64,000 bases of DNA from Escherichia coli (GTDB lineage Bacteria; Pseudomonadota; Gammaproteobacteria; Enterobacterales; Enterobacteriaceae): NCBI RefSeq assembly GCF_003790525.1, contig NZ_CP033635.1; one strand, 5' to 3'. Shown piece by piece: positions 43,653 to 53,988 of the stretch. Both the position numbers and the translations under genes were made by a program. The notes under the pieces were generated by a model that worked only from the letters and a program-made list of their open reading frames with translations, had not been told where the DNA came from and ran no database searches. Within the stretch, counting starts at the first letter, position 1. Every line of letters starts with the position of its first letter.

Positions 43653-45263
43653 ATGATGAGCAATGTTAAGAAAAAAGATGTGCCGCTGATAAGCATCAGT
43701 CTGGTGGCCATTCTTTTCATCGCAGCTGCATTAAGCCTTTTCCCACAACAATCGGCCGACGCGGCCAACGCTATATACACTTTTGTTACGCGTACGTTAG
43801 GTTCCGCCGTACAGGTATTGGTTTTGCTGGCAATGGGACTGGTGATTTATTTAGCCACCAGTAAATACGGCAATATTCGTCTTGGCGAAGGAAAACCGGA
43901 ATACAGCACGCTCTCCTGGCTGTTTATGTTTATTTGTGCCGGTTTAGGTTCTTCTACGCTTTATTGGGGGGTTGCTGAATGGGCCTATTATTATCAAACA
44001 CCTGGATTAAATATCGCACCGCGTTCACAACAGGCACTCGAATTTAGCGTCCCTTACTCCTTCTTCCACTGGGGCATCAGCGCCTGGGCAACTTATACGC
44101 TGGCCTCATTAATCATGGCTTATCACTTTCATGTGCGGAAAAACAAAGGTCTGAGTCTTTCCGGCATTATTGCCGCGATTACCGGCGTTCGCCCGCAAGG
44201 CCCGTGGGGAAAACTGGTCGATTTGATGTTCCTGATCGCCACTGTCGGCGCACTGACCATTTCCCTTGTTGTCACCGCAGCAACCTTTACCCGTGGGCTT
44301 TCCGCGCTGACCGGTTTACCCGATAATTTCACCGTGCAGGCATTTGTGATCCTGCTTTCCGGCGGCATTTTTTGCCTAAGCTCATGGATTGGTATCAACA
44401 ACGGTTTGCAACGTCTGAGCAAAATGGTTGGCTGGGGCGCGTTCCTGCTGCCATTACTGGTGCTCATTGTCGGCCCAACCGAATTTATTACCAACAGCAT
44501 CATCAATGCCATCGGCCTGACCACGCAAAACTTCCTGCAAATGAGCTTATTCACCGATCCGCTTGGCGATGGTTCATTTACCCGCAACTGGACCGTTTTC
44601 TACTGGCTGTGGTGGATCTCATACACCCCTGGCGTAGCAATGTTTGTCACCCGCGTTTCCCGCGGTCGTAAGATTAAAGAAGTTATCTGGGGACTGATCC
44701 TCGGCAGCACCGTCGGTTGCTGGTTCTTCTTCGGCGTAATGGAAAGCTATGCCATTCACCAGTTTATCAATGGCGTAATCAACGTCCCACAGGTGCTGGA
44801 AACACTGGGCGGCGAGACAGCTGTGCAGCAAGTTCTGATGTCGTTGCCAGCCGGTAAATTGTTCCTCGCCGCATACCTGGGCGTGATGATTATTTTCCTT
44901 GCCTCGCATATGGATGCAGTGGCCTACACCATGGCGGCGACCAGTACGCGTAATCTCCAGGAAGGTGACGATCCTGACCGTGGGCTGCGTCTTTTCTGGT
45001 GCGTGGTAATTACCCTGATCCCGCTTTCAATTCTTTTCACTGGCGCGTCGCTGGAAACGATGAAAACCACCGTCGTACTCACAGCCCTTCCGTTCCTCGT
45101 CATTTTACTGGTGAAAGTCGGCGGATTTATTCGCTGGCTGAAACAGGATTACGCCGACATTCCGGCTCATCAAGTTGAATATTATCTCCCGCAGACACCG
45201 GTTGAAGCCCTGGAAAAAACACCAGTGCTCCCTGCGGGAACCGTATTCAAAGGCGACAACTGA
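43653..45263 (+). CDS. yeaV: BCCT-family transporter (betaine/carnitine/choline type)
   Basis: ATG at 43653 preceded by AGGAG at 7-nt spacing; polytopic membrane protein; I recall the reference protein as shorter, so the start is uncertain. Confidence 0.8.
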   Translation: MMSNVKKKDVPLISISLVAILFIAAALSLFPQQSADAANAIYTFVTRTLGSAVQVLVLLAMGLVIYLATSKYGNIRLGEGKPEYSTLSWLFMFICAGLGSSTLYWGVAEWAYYYQTPGLNIAPRSQQALEFSVPYSFFHWGISAWATYTLASLIMAYHFHVRKNKGLSLSGIIAAITGVRPQGPWGKLVDLMFLIATVGALTISLVVTAATFTRGLSALTGLPDNFTVQAFVILLSGGIFCLSSWIGINNGLQRLSKMVGWGAFLLPLLVLIVGPTEFITNSIINAIGLTTQNFLQMSLFTDPLGDGSFTRNWTVFYWLWWISYTPGVAMFVTRVSRGRKIKEVIWGLILGSTVGCWFFFGVMESYAIHQFINGVINVPQVLETLGGETAVQQVLMSLPAGKLFLAAYLGVMIIFLASHMDAVAYTMAATSTRNLQEGDDPDRGLRLFWCVVITLIPLSILFTGASLETMKTTVVLTALPFLVILLVKVGGFIRWLKQDYADIPAHQVEYYLPQTPVEALEKTPVLPAGTVFKGDN

Positions 45264-45294
45264 GCGCCATCATCCTAACGATAAAGGTATCCCT

Positions 45295-46419
45295 ATGAGC
45301 AATCTGAGCCCTGACTTTGTACTACCCGAAAATTTTTGCGCTAACCCGCAAGAGGCGTGGACCATTCCTGCCCGTTTTTATACCGATCAGAACGCCTTTG
45401 AACACGAAAAAGAGAGCGTCTTCGCCAAAAGCTGGATTTGCGTCGCTCACAGCAGCGAACTGGCGAATGCCAATGATTATGTGACGCGTGAGATCATTGG
45501 CGAAAGCATTGTGCTGGTACGCGGTCGTGATAAGGTTTTGCGCGCGTTCTATAACGTGTGTCCGCACCGTGGTCATCAGTTGTTGAGCGGTGAAGGAAAA
45601 GCGAAAAATGTGATTACCTGCCCATATCACGCATGGGCATTCAAACTCGATGGCAACCTGGCCCATGCACGTAACTGCGAAAACGTCGCCAATTTCGATA
45701 GCGACAAAGCGCAACTGGTTCCGGTGCGTCTGGAAGAATATGCCGGATTCGTCTTCATCAACATGGACCCTAACGCCACCAGCGTAGAAGATCAGTTACC
45801 CGGTCTGGGGGCGAAAGTGCTGGAAGCCTGCCCGGAAGTCCACGACCTGAAACTGGCGGCCCGCTTTACCACCCGCACGCCTGCCAACTGGAAGAACATT
45901 GTCGATAACTATCTCGAGTGCTATCACTGTGGTCCGGCGCATCCAGGTTTCTCCGACTCCGTACAGGTTGATCGTTACTGGCACACCATGCACGGTAACT
46001 GGACGCTGCAATACGGTTTCGCCAAACCGTCCGAACAGTCTTTCAAATTCGAAGAGGGCACGGATGCGGCATTCCACGGTTTCTGGCTGTGGCCGTGCAC
46101 GATGCTGAACGTCACCCCAATCAAAGGGATGATGACGGCCATTTATGAATTCCCAGTGGATTCTGAAACTACCCTGCAAAACTACGATATTTACTTCACC
46201 AATGAAGAGTTAACCGACGAGCAAAAATCGCTGATTGAGTGGTATCGCGATGTGTTCCGTCCGGAAGATTTACGTCTGGTTGAAAGCGTACAGAAAGGGC
46301 TGAAATCGCGTGGCTATCGTGGTCAGGGGCGCATCATGGCCGACAGTAGCGGTAGCGGAATTTCCGAACATGGTATCGCCCATTTCCATAATCTGCTGGC
46401 GCAGGTGTTTAAGGACTAA
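45295..46419 (+). CDS. yeaW: Rieske-type [2Fe-2S] oxygenase subunit (carnitine monooxygenase type)
   Basis: 374 aa from MSNLSPDFVLPENF; Rieske motif CPHRGH...CPYHAW. Confidence 0.9.
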   Translation: MSNLSPDFVLPENFCANPQEAWTIPARFYTDQNAFEHEKESVFAKSWICVAHSSELANANDYVTREIIGESIVLVRGRDKVLRAFYNVCPHRGHQLLSGEGKAKNVITCPYHAWAFKLDGNLAHARNCENVANFDSDKAQLVPVRLEEYAGFVFINMDPNATSVEDQLPGLGAKVLEACPEVHDLKLAARFTTRTPANWKNIVDNYLECYHCGPAHPGFSDSVQVDRYWHTMHGNWTLQYGFAKPSEQSFKFEEGTDAAFHGFWLWPCTMLNVTPIKGMMTAIYEFPVDSETTLQNYDIYFTNEELTDEQKSLIEWYRDVFRPEDLRLVESVQKGLKSRGYRGQGRIMADSSGSGISEHGIAHFHNLLAQVFKD

Positions 46420-46474
46420 TGACATCAGCGGCGGTATTTTCCGCCGCTGGGCTGATTTTTGATGGAGTACAGCA

Positions 46475-47440
46475 ATGTCAGACTATCAAATGTTTGAAGT
46501 ACAGGTGAACCAAATTGAACCGCTTACCGAACAGGTGAAACGCTTCACGCTGGTGGCAACCGATGGCAAACCATTACCTGCGTTTACCGGAGGAAGTCAC
46601 GTCATTGTGCAGATGAGCGATGGTGATAACGAGTACAGCAATGCGTATTCACTACTGAGTTCGCCGCATGACACCTCTTGTTATCAGATTGCCGTTCGGC
46701 TGGAGGAAAACTCGCGCGGCGGTTCCCGCTTTTTGCATCAGCAGGTAAAAGTGGGCGATCGGTTAACGATTTCAACGCCTAATAACCTGTTTGCGCTAAT
46801 TCCCTCGGCCAGAAAGCATCTGTTTATCGCGGGAGGCATTGGTATCACCCCTTTCCTGTCGCACCTGGCAGAGATGCAATACAGCGACGTCGACTGGCAG
46901 TTACATTACTGCTCACGAAATCCAGAAAGTTGCGCATTTCGTGATGAGCTAGTCCAGCATCCGCAGGCTGAGAAAGTTCATTTTCATCACTCATCAACCG
47001 GAACACGACTGGAATTAGCGCGATTATTGACGGATATCGAACCTGGCACACATGTTTATACCTGTGGCCCCGAGGCGCTAAATGAGGCGGTAAGAAGTGA
47101 AGCTGCGCGTCTGGACATCGCCGTCGATACGATGCACTTTGAACAATTTGCGATTGAAGACAAAACCGGCGATGCATTTACCCTGGTGCTTGCCCGTTCC
47201 GGTAAAGAGTTTGTGGTGCCGGAAGAGATGACTATTTTGCAGGTTATTGAAAATAATAAAGCAGCGAAAGTGGAATGTTTATGTCGTGAAGGGGTATGCG
47301 GAACCTGCGAAACGGCAATACTGGAAGGTGAAGCTGACCATCGGGATCAGTATTTTAGCGATGAAGAGCGTGCCAGCCAGCAAAGTATGTTGATCTGTTG
47401 TTCGCGCGCGAAGGGTAAACGCCTGGTGTTGGATTTGTAG
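46475..47440 (+). CDS. yeaX: oxygenase reductase subunit (flavin/NAD-binding domain plus plant-type 2Fe-2S ferredoxin)
   Basis: 321 aa; C-terminal CREGVCGTCE ferredoxin motif. Confidence 0.9.
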   Translation: MSDYQMFEVQVNQIEPLTEQVKRFTLVATDGKPLPAFTGGSHVIVQMSDGDNEYSNAYSLLSSPHDTSCYQIAVRLEENSRGGSRFLHQQVKVGDRLTISTPNNLFALIPSARKHLFIAGGIGITPFLSHLAEMQYSDVDWQLHYCSRNPESCAFRDELVQHPQAEKVHFHHSSTGTRLELARLLTDIEPGTHVYTCGPEALNEAVRSEAARLDIAVDTMHFEQFAIEDKTGDAFTLVLARSGKEFVVPEEMTILQVIENNKAAKVECLCREGVCGTCETAILEGEADHRDQYFSDEERASQQSMLICCSRAKGKRLVLDL

Positions 47441-47444
47441 TTTG

Positions 47445-47480
47445 CCGAAGCCGGACTGAGCGCGCTCAGTCCGGCTTCGG
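47445..47480. terminator. perfect 16-bp-stem hairpin between convergent yeaX and rnd
   Basis: CCGAAGCCGGACTGAG-CGCG-CTCAGTCCGGCTTCGG, perfectly complementary arms. Confidence 0.65.
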
Positions 47481-47486
47481 AAGATT

Positions 47487-48614
47487 TTACTGCGGATATT
47501 CCTGCAATAAATTGTGTAATGCTTCCGCCATCAGCTCACCACGCCAGCCGGAAATCAGCTCCGGCAAATTGTTCTGCGGTTTCAGTTTCCAGTGCCAGTT
47601 CAGCAGTTGGTTGATTTGCCGACGCGATGCCAGCAATTCGGCGCTGATCTTGTGCGTTTCGCTCACGTCAGTAATCAGCGACTTAATCGCTTTAAACGCT
47701 TTACGATAACCCGGCATGTCCATCAGGTTAAGCATCGGCTGCGGTAAGGCCTCTTCCGGCAATGTCTGCGCTTTTTCCACCAGCGCCAGCAGCGTTTTAC
47801 CGTGAAAGCGGATTTCGCTACCGGATAAACCCAGGCTGTCCAGTTCGCCTAAACTTCCCGGCATATAACGCGCTACAGACCACAAATGCTCTTCACGCAC
47901 GACAAAGTTCACTGCCAGATCGCGCTCCCGCGCCTTGCGCAGTCGCCAATCGGCTAACAGTTGCAGACAGGCCAGTTGGCGTGTGCGTAACTGCCAGGCA
48001 TTGGTGATATCACGCCAGGCATCTTCCGGCGCAACGACTTCCTGACGACGCATTTGCATCAGGCGGCATTCATCCAGCGCCGCAGGTAGCCAGCCGGAGG
48101 CCTCCGTTTCTACCATAAGCTTGGCGGTGATCGGTAACAAATACCAGACATCCGCCGCTGCGTATTCACACTGACGTTCGGTCAGCGGTCTGGCCAGCCA
48201 GTCGGTGCGCGATTCACTCTTGTCCAGCGTAACGCCGGAATACTCTTCCACCATGGAAGCAAAACCCCATGACATCGGGCGTCCGCAGAAGGCAGCAAGG
48301 ATTTGCGTGTCAATCAGGGGTTGTGGTAATTCGCCAAAGACATTGAGGAACACTTCCAGATCTTCACTGCCCGCATGGAGAAATTTTGTGATGGACGGAT
48401 CGCGCAGGATCGCTTTCAGTGGTGACCAGTCGGAGATCCCGAGAGGATCAATTAGCGCCAGATGCTCACCATCAAAAAGTTGAATTAGACCTAGCTGCGG
48501 GTAATAGGTGCGCGTACGAACAAATTCAGTATCCAGGGCTATCGCCGGAAAGGCACGGACGGCTTCACACAAAGAAGCCAGCGCATCGTCCGTGGTAATC
48601 ATTTGGTAATTCAA
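47487..48614 (-). CDS. rnd: ribonuclease D
   Basis: 375 aa; DEDD exonuclease motif ALDTEF; initiates at UUG (CAA on plus strand at 48612-48614). Confidence 0.9.
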   Translation of the reverse strand: MNYQMITTDDALASLCEAVRAFPAIALDTEFVRTRTYYPQLGLIQLFDGEHLALIDPLGISDWSPLKAILRDPSITKFLHAGSEDLEVFLNVFGELPQPLIDTQILAAFCGRPMSWGFASMVEEYSGVTLDKSESRTDWLARPLTERQCEYAAADVWYLLPITAKLMVETEASGWLPAALDECRLMQMRRQEVVAPEDAWRDITNAWQLRTRQLACLQLLADWRLRKARERDLAVNFVVREEHLWSVARYMPGSLGELDSLGLSGSEIRFHGKTLLALVEKAQTLPEEALPQPMLNLMDMPGYRKAFKAIKSLITDVSETHKISAELLASRRQINQLLNWHWKLKPQNNLPELISGWRGELMAEALHNLLQEYPQ

Positions 48615-48638
48615 ATTGTATTCTCTTTAGTGGGCGTC

Positions 48639-48664
48639 AAAAAAAACGCCGGATTAACCGGCGT
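48639..48664 (-). terminator. fadD terminator hairpin plus U8, also the element upstream of the rnd UUG start
   Basis: Stem ACGCCGG / CCGGCGT with 5-nt loop followed on the minus strand by eight U, 24 nt before the rnd UUG. Confidence 0.8.
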
Positions 48665-48683
48665 CTGACGACTGACTTAACGC

Positions 48684-50369
48684 TCAGGCTTTATTGTCCA
48701 CTTTGCCGCGCGCTTCGTCACGTAATTCTCGTCGCAAAATTTTTCCGACGTTAGATTTCGGTAACTCATCACGAAACTCCACCAGCTTCGGTACTTTGTA
48801 GCCCGTGAGCTGACGGCGGCAAAAAGTCACCAGTGACTCTTCGGTAAGCGATGGATCTTTTTTCACAACGAAGATTTTCACCGCTTCACCACTAGAGCCG
48901 GAAGGTACGCCAACAGCCGCGACTTCCTGTACGCCAGGATGCTGCATGACGACATCTTCAATCTCGTTGGGATAGACGTTAAAACCGGAAACCAGAATCA
49001 TGTCTTTTTTACGATCGACAATGCGCAGGAATCCTTCTTCATCCATCACCGCGATGTCGCCGGTGTGTAACCAGCCATTTTTGATGATTTCATCGGTAGC
49101 ATCCGGACGCTGCCAGTAACCCAGCATCACCTGCGGTCCTTTGACACAAAGCTCACCTGGTTGACCAGGTGGTACTTCATTATCATCATCATCCACCAGT
49201 TTGGCTTCCGTCGACGGCACCGGCAAACCGATGCTACCACTATGATAATCAATATCATACGGGTTAACGCTCACCAGCGGCGCACACTCGGTCAGGCCAT
49301 AACCTTCCAGCAGATACTGTCCAGTCAGTTTCACCCAACGTTCTGCCACCACTTGCTGAACAGGCATCCCTCCGCCTGCGGAAAGATGCAGACTGGAGAA
49401 ATCCAGCTGCTGGAACTCTTTATTGTTCAGCAACGCATTGAACAAGGTGTTAACGCCAGTGATAGCGGTAAACGGATATTTCGCTAACTCTTTTACCAAC
49501 CCTGGAATATCGCGCGGGTTAGTGATAAGCAGGTTCTGCCCCCCCAGTTCGATAAACAGCAGGCAGTTAATGGTCAGTGCAAAAATGTGATACAGCGGCA
49601 GCGCCGTCACCACCAGCTCTTTGCCCGGATGCAACAGCGGACCATAGGTCGCGTTAACCTGTTCCAGGTTCGCCAGCATATTGCGGTGAGTCAGCATCGC
49701 GCCTTTCGCCACACCAGTGGTACCGCCGGTGTATTGCAGGAAAGCTAAATCTTCCGGCACCAGTTCGGGTTTGACGTACTGCATCCGGTAGCCGTTGTGC
49801 AGGGCGCTACGAAATGAAATGGCATCTGGCAGATGGTATTTCGGCACCAGACGCTTGATGTATTTAACAACGAAATTGACTACCGTGCCTTTTGCCGTAG
49901 ATAGCTGATCGCCCATACGGGTCAGAATTACGTGCTGAACGGCGGTTTTATCAACCACTTTTTCCAGAGTGTGGGCAAAGTTAGACACGATAACAATCGC
50001 CGATGCGCCGCTATCGTTAAGCTGATGCTCAAGTTCACGCGGGGTATACAACGGGTTAACGTTTACGACAATCATCCCGGCACGCAAAATGCCAAACAGC
50101 GCCACCGGATATTGCAATAAATTAGGCATCATCAACGCAACGCGATCGCCTTTCTTCAGTCCCAACCCTTGTTGCAAATAAGCGGCAAACGCGCGACTGC
50201 GTTCTTCCAGTTTGCGGAAGGTCATCACCTCCCCCATATTCACAAACGCGGGTTGATCGGCGTAGCGCGCGACCGACTGCTCAAACATATCTACCAGAGA
50301 TTGATAACGGTCAGGGTTGATCTCCGTCGGAACGTCCGCGGGATAACGGTTAAGCCAAACCTTCTTCAA
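48684..50369 (-). CDS. fadD: long-chain-fatty-acid--CoA ligase
   Basis: 561 aa from TTG ([10 protein letters not shown] read as MKKVW) with GAGGTG Shine-Dalgarno; AMP-binding signature [18 protein letters not shown]. Confidence 0.9.
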
Positions 50370-50441
50370 TTCTTCACCTCTAAAATGCGTGTTCGTCGTC
50401 ATCGCAACCCCAAATGATATACATGCCGTTAACATAATATT

Positions 50442-50458
50442 AACTCATCATACCAGCT
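50442..50458 (-). promoter_or_regulatory. FadR-type operator 1 of fadD
   Basis: Minus-strand AGCTGGTATGATGAGTT versus consensus AACTGGTCNGACCTGTT; 73-89 nt upstream of the fadD start. Confidence 0.55.
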
Positions 50459-50527
50459 TGATAATTACCCAACGAAAAGGTTGCGAAGCGCGTCACTATT
50501 TATTTTTATCTTTACCGTAAGAATGCA

Positions 50528-50544
50528 GAAACAGCGGACCAGCC
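50528..50544 (-). promoter_or_regulatory. FadR-type operator 2 of fadD
   Basis: Minus-strand GGCTGGTCCGCTGTTTC, 86 bp upstream of operator 1. Confidence 0.5.
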
Positions 50545-50573
50545 GCTGTTTCTTTTTCTTTAAAAACAAGCAA

Positions 50574-51155
50574 TTATTCAGTTACAACAGTTTGTACTCT
50601 CGCGGGGCCGGGATTATACCAGCCCCATCCACCGTAGCCATAGGGCCAGCCACGACCGCCATAAAACCATGGATCAATCGGCTGAGGCGGCATAATCACC
50701 TGCTGGGTTAAATGCCAACGTTTGTAACCTGTTGCCTGCATCACCATAAATTTATAGGGCGTGTTGCCGATTTTTCCGTCAACCGTACCGGTGATTGGCC
50801 CGACAACTGTCACCAGCTGCCCACGGAAATCGACCGGATCAAGAAAACCATTCACATCGGCATAAATGCGACCGCGAGAAGGTTCTCCCAGCGTCGGTCT
50901 GGCTCCGCTGTCCAGTGGTACGGTGGCAATTTCCAGGCGGGTTTTCCCTTGCTGGTTTTGTACCGCAACCACTTTGCCACCAAAGCGTGCCTCCTGACCA
51001 ACGTACAGCTGCGGCGCACTCATCACCCGAACTAAATCTTGTTGCGGCGTGGGACTGCTGCCTTTAATGGCGTCCGGCACAGTAACACAACCGCTGAGCA
51101 TTAGCGCAAACGTACCTGCCAGTATGCCTTTGATAACTTTCTTTTGAACCGCCAT
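50574..51155 (-). CDS. yeaY: Slp-family outer membrane lipoprotein
   Basis: 193 aa; lipobox LSGC. Confidence 0.85.
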   Translation of the reverse strand: MAVQKKVIKGILAGTFALMLSGCVTVPDAIKGSSPTPQQDLVRVMSAPQLYVGQEARFGGKVVAVQNQQGKTRLEIATVPLDSGARPTLGEPSRGRIYADVNGFLDPVDFRGQLVTVVGPITGTVDGKIGNTPYKFMVMQATGYKRWHLTQQVIMPPQPIDPWFYGGRGWPYGYGGWGWYNPGPARVQTVVTE

Positions 51156-51193
51156 GATGCGACTCCTTTTTTCTCAGGGCATACTCTTAAGAT

Positions 51194-51889
51194 TCATTCT
51201 TTGCCCGGAAGTTTCTTCCATGCGACGTTGTTACGTAAATAAACCGGTTCGGCATGTTCCACCGCCACCGTTTTACCCTCGGCAAACATCTGACACGCAA
51301 TCGGCAGCATATCTTCGGCGGCAGGCAGTAACACATCGCCATCGCGCAGGGCCAACCCGCTCTCTTTACCGAGATCCGGCCAGGCTTGCCAGCCCGTACC
51401 CACGGTTACCCATTCGCCGGAAAGCTGTTGCAACCGTTCATGAACGAGTCCTGGTTTCAGTACGGCTTCTGTTTCTTCGCCGTGCCAGACGCCGTTTTCA
51501 TCGCGCTGATATTCGGCCCAGTAAACTTCCCCCATTCGCGCGTCAATGGCTGCCAGCACGCGGGTTGCGCCGTTTTTGCGCCACGCCCCTTGCGCCATGG
51601 TCATGAGCGTGGAAACGCCAATCATGGGCAGATCCGCGCCAAGCGCCAGCCCCTGCGCAATACCAATACCAATGCGCACGCCGGTAAAGCTACCGGGGCC
51701 GCGCCCGTATGCCAGAGCATTTATGTCAGTCAGGGAAGTTCCGCTGGTGGTCAGGATATCCTGCACCATCGGTAAAATTCGTTGAGTATGTTCACGAGGG
51801 CAAAGCTCAAAATGAGCGTTGACAGTACCGTCGTTCCACAGGGCGACAGAGCAGGCCTCTGTCGCGGTATCGATAGCCAGAATTCGCAT
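51194..51889 (-). CDS. tsaB: tRNA threonylcarbamoyladenosine biosynthesis protein TsaB
   Basis: 231 aa starting [17 protein letters not shown]. Confidence 0.9.
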   Translation of the reverse strand: MRILAIDTATEACSVALWNDGTVNAHFELCPREHTQRILPMVQDILTTSGTSLTDINALAYGRGPGSFTGVRIGIGIAQGLALGADLPMIGVSTLMTMAQGAWRKNGATRVLAAIDARMGEVYWAEYQRDENGVWHGEETEAVLKPGLVHERLQQLSGEWVTVGTGWQAWPDLGKESGLALRDGDVLLPAAEDMLPIACQMFAEGKTVAVEHAEPVYLRNNVAWKKLPGKE

Positions 51890-51946
51890 GGGTCTTCGTG
51901 CTTAGATCAATAAAAAGGCGCGCATCATACCATACTCCGTAACAAA

Positions 51947-53857
51947 TTACCTGGAGGATGGTATCGCAAGGAAGCGAACCGCACGGGCAATGTCACGGGT
52001 GCGCGGCGCGGGCGGCAGACTGGCGAGAAACGTCGCGCCGTAAGGGCGCATCACCAGCCGATTGTCACAAATCACCAAAACCCCGCGATCGTCGGCGTCG
52101 CGAATCAGTCGCCCTACTCCCTGCTTGAGAGTAATCACCGCATCCGGTAGTTGTACTTCATCGAACGGGTCACCACCACGCAAACGGCAATCTTCCATGC
52201 GCGCTTTTAATAGTGGATCATCCGGTGAGGTAAACGGCAACTTGTCGATAATCACCAATGACAATGTATCGCCACGCACATCCACCCCTTCCCAGAAGCT
52301 GCTGGTTGCCACAAGAAGCGCGTTACCGGCGCTGACAAATTGCTGCAACAGTTGCCCTTTGCTGGTTTCCCCCTGCAACAAAACGGGAAGCGTCATGGTA
52401 GCGCGGAACTGCTCAGCCAGATCGCGCATCATGGCGTGCGAGGTACAAAGCATAAAACAACGACCGTTGTTAGCTTCGATGATCGGTCGCAACATTGCCG
52501 CCAGTTGCCGTGCGGAGCCCGGTTGATTGGTTTGCGGCAGGTTGCGCGGCACACAGAGTAACGCCTGGCGGCTGTAATCAAACGGGCTGGGTAACAGCAA
52601 CGACTCCGCCTGTTCGATGCCAAGCCGCGAGGTGAAATGATGCAGATCGTCGTTCACCGACAGCGTTGCTGAGGTAAAGATCCAGCTACCGGGTTTTTGC
52701 GCCATTAACTCTTTGAATTTATCCGCCACGCTGAGCGGCGTGAGTGCCAGAGTAAAATGGCGCGAAGTGCATTCGTACCAGTAGCTGTAGCCCGGCTGAT
52801 TGATCTCTTTTAGCCGTTTCAGCCGCGTGCGATACAACGTGGCGCGCTCAAATGCCGCATCCAGCAAAGCGGAACGCCCCAGCGACAGTTTCGCCACGTC
52901 ATAACAAAGTTCCAGGGTGTCATCGAGCAGTAAAAACGCCCGTTGAATTTGCGGATTAGCTAACAGTTCGCGCAGGTTGCCACGATAACCAGGCTCACCG
53001 AGTTGCAGACGAAAATCCTGCGCGCTCTGGGCAAGGCGGTCGGCGCACTTTTGTAACTGCTGGGTGTCTTTTAATTCGGTGCGGTAGGCGATGGTGATGT
53101 CTTTTGCCAGGTCGAGCAGTTGTCGACTGGAGAGTGACTGACCAAAATACTGGCTGGCAATGTCGGGCAGTTGGTGGGCTTCGTCGAAGATCATGACGTC
53201 AGCTTCCGGGATCAGTTCGCCAAATCCACTCTCTTTCACCACCATATCCGCCAGAAAGAGATGATGGTTTACCACCACCACATCGGCGTCCATCGCTTTT
53301 TTGCGTGCTTTGACCACAAAGCAATCTTTATACATCGGGCAGTCGCTGCCAAGGCAGTTATCGTTGGTGCTGGTGACCAGCGGCCACGCCTGTGAATCTT
53401 CCGCCACGCTGACGCAGGTGCTGATATCACCATCGACTGTTTGATTAGACCAGGAGCGCAGCAGGATCACATCGCTTAAGATTTGTACCGGCAGATCGCC
53501 CCCCGCCAGCGCCTGCTGTTCGAGACGTTCGAGGCAGAGGTAGTTTGAGCGCCCTTTCAGCAACGCCAGGTTGCCCGTGTATTTCAATGCCTTTGAGACC
53601 GTTGGCAAATCGCGGCTGTAGAGCTGATCCTGCAACGCTTTTGAACCGGTCGAGATAATGACTTTCTTTTTCGCCCGCAGCGCAGGGGCCAGGTAAGCGT
53701 AGGTTTTGCCCGTACCGGTTCCGGCTTCCACCACCAGCGGCTGGCCTTTTTCTATCGCCTGGGTGACGGCTACCGCCATCTGTCGCTGTGGTTCTCGCGG
53801 CTTAAAGCCTGGTATCGCTTTCGCCAGCTGACCGTCTGGTGCAAAATCGTCCGTCAC
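51947..53857 (-). CDS. yoaA: DinG-family ATP-dependent DNA helicase
   Basis: 636 aa; Walker A AGTGTGKT and DEAH box (FDEAHQL); GTG start with G-rich Shine-Dalgarno. Confidence 0.9.
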   Translation of the reverse strand: MTDDFAPDGQLAKAIPGFKPREPQRQMAVAVTQAIEKGQPLVVEAGTGTGKTYAYLAPALRAKKKVIISTGSKALQDQLYSRDLPTVSKALKYTGNLALLKGRSNYLCLERLEQQALAGGDLPVQILSDVILLRSWSNQTVDGDISTCVSVAEDSQAWPLVTSTNDNCLGSDCPMYKDCFVVKARKKAMDADVVVVNHHLFLADMVVKESGFGELIPEADVMIFDEAHQLPDIASQYFGQSLSSRQLLDLAKDITIAYRTELKDTQQLQKCADRLAQSAQDFRLQLGEPGYRGNLRELLANPQIQRAFLLLDDTLELCYDVAKLSLGRSALLDAAFERATLYRTRLKRLKEINQPGYSYWYECTSRHFTLALTPLSVADKFKELMAQKPGSWIFTSATLSVNDDLHHFTSRLGIEQAESLLLPSPFDYSRQALLCVPRNLPQTNQPGSARQLAAMLRPIIEANNGRCFMLCTSHAMMRDLAEQFRATMTLPVLLQGETSKGQLLQQFVSAGNALLVATSSFWEGVDVRGDTLSLVIIDKLPFTSPDDPLLKARMEDCRLRGGDPFDEVQLPDAVITLKQGVGRLIRDADDRGVLVICDNRLVMRPYGATFLASLPPAPRTRDIARAVRFLAIPSSR

Positions 53858-53988
53858 ACTACCCCCTGTTGATTTGAACAGGGATTATGTCAGGATGAGG
53901 GCGCTTTCGCCAGTTGAAGTGGTGACGGCGACCTCACATTGTGGCAGTCTTTGCAGCACGAAAATGGAAGGATAATGAGGACAAAATG

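Noticed and set aside
50528-50552. Inverted repeat GAAACAGCGG-ACCAG-CCGCTGTTTC first read as a terminator downstream of yeaY
   Set aside because: Its left half is better explained as a FadR-type operator (GGCTGGTCCGCTGTTTC on the fadD strand), and on the yeaY strand it is not followed by a U run; kept as a regulatory site instead.
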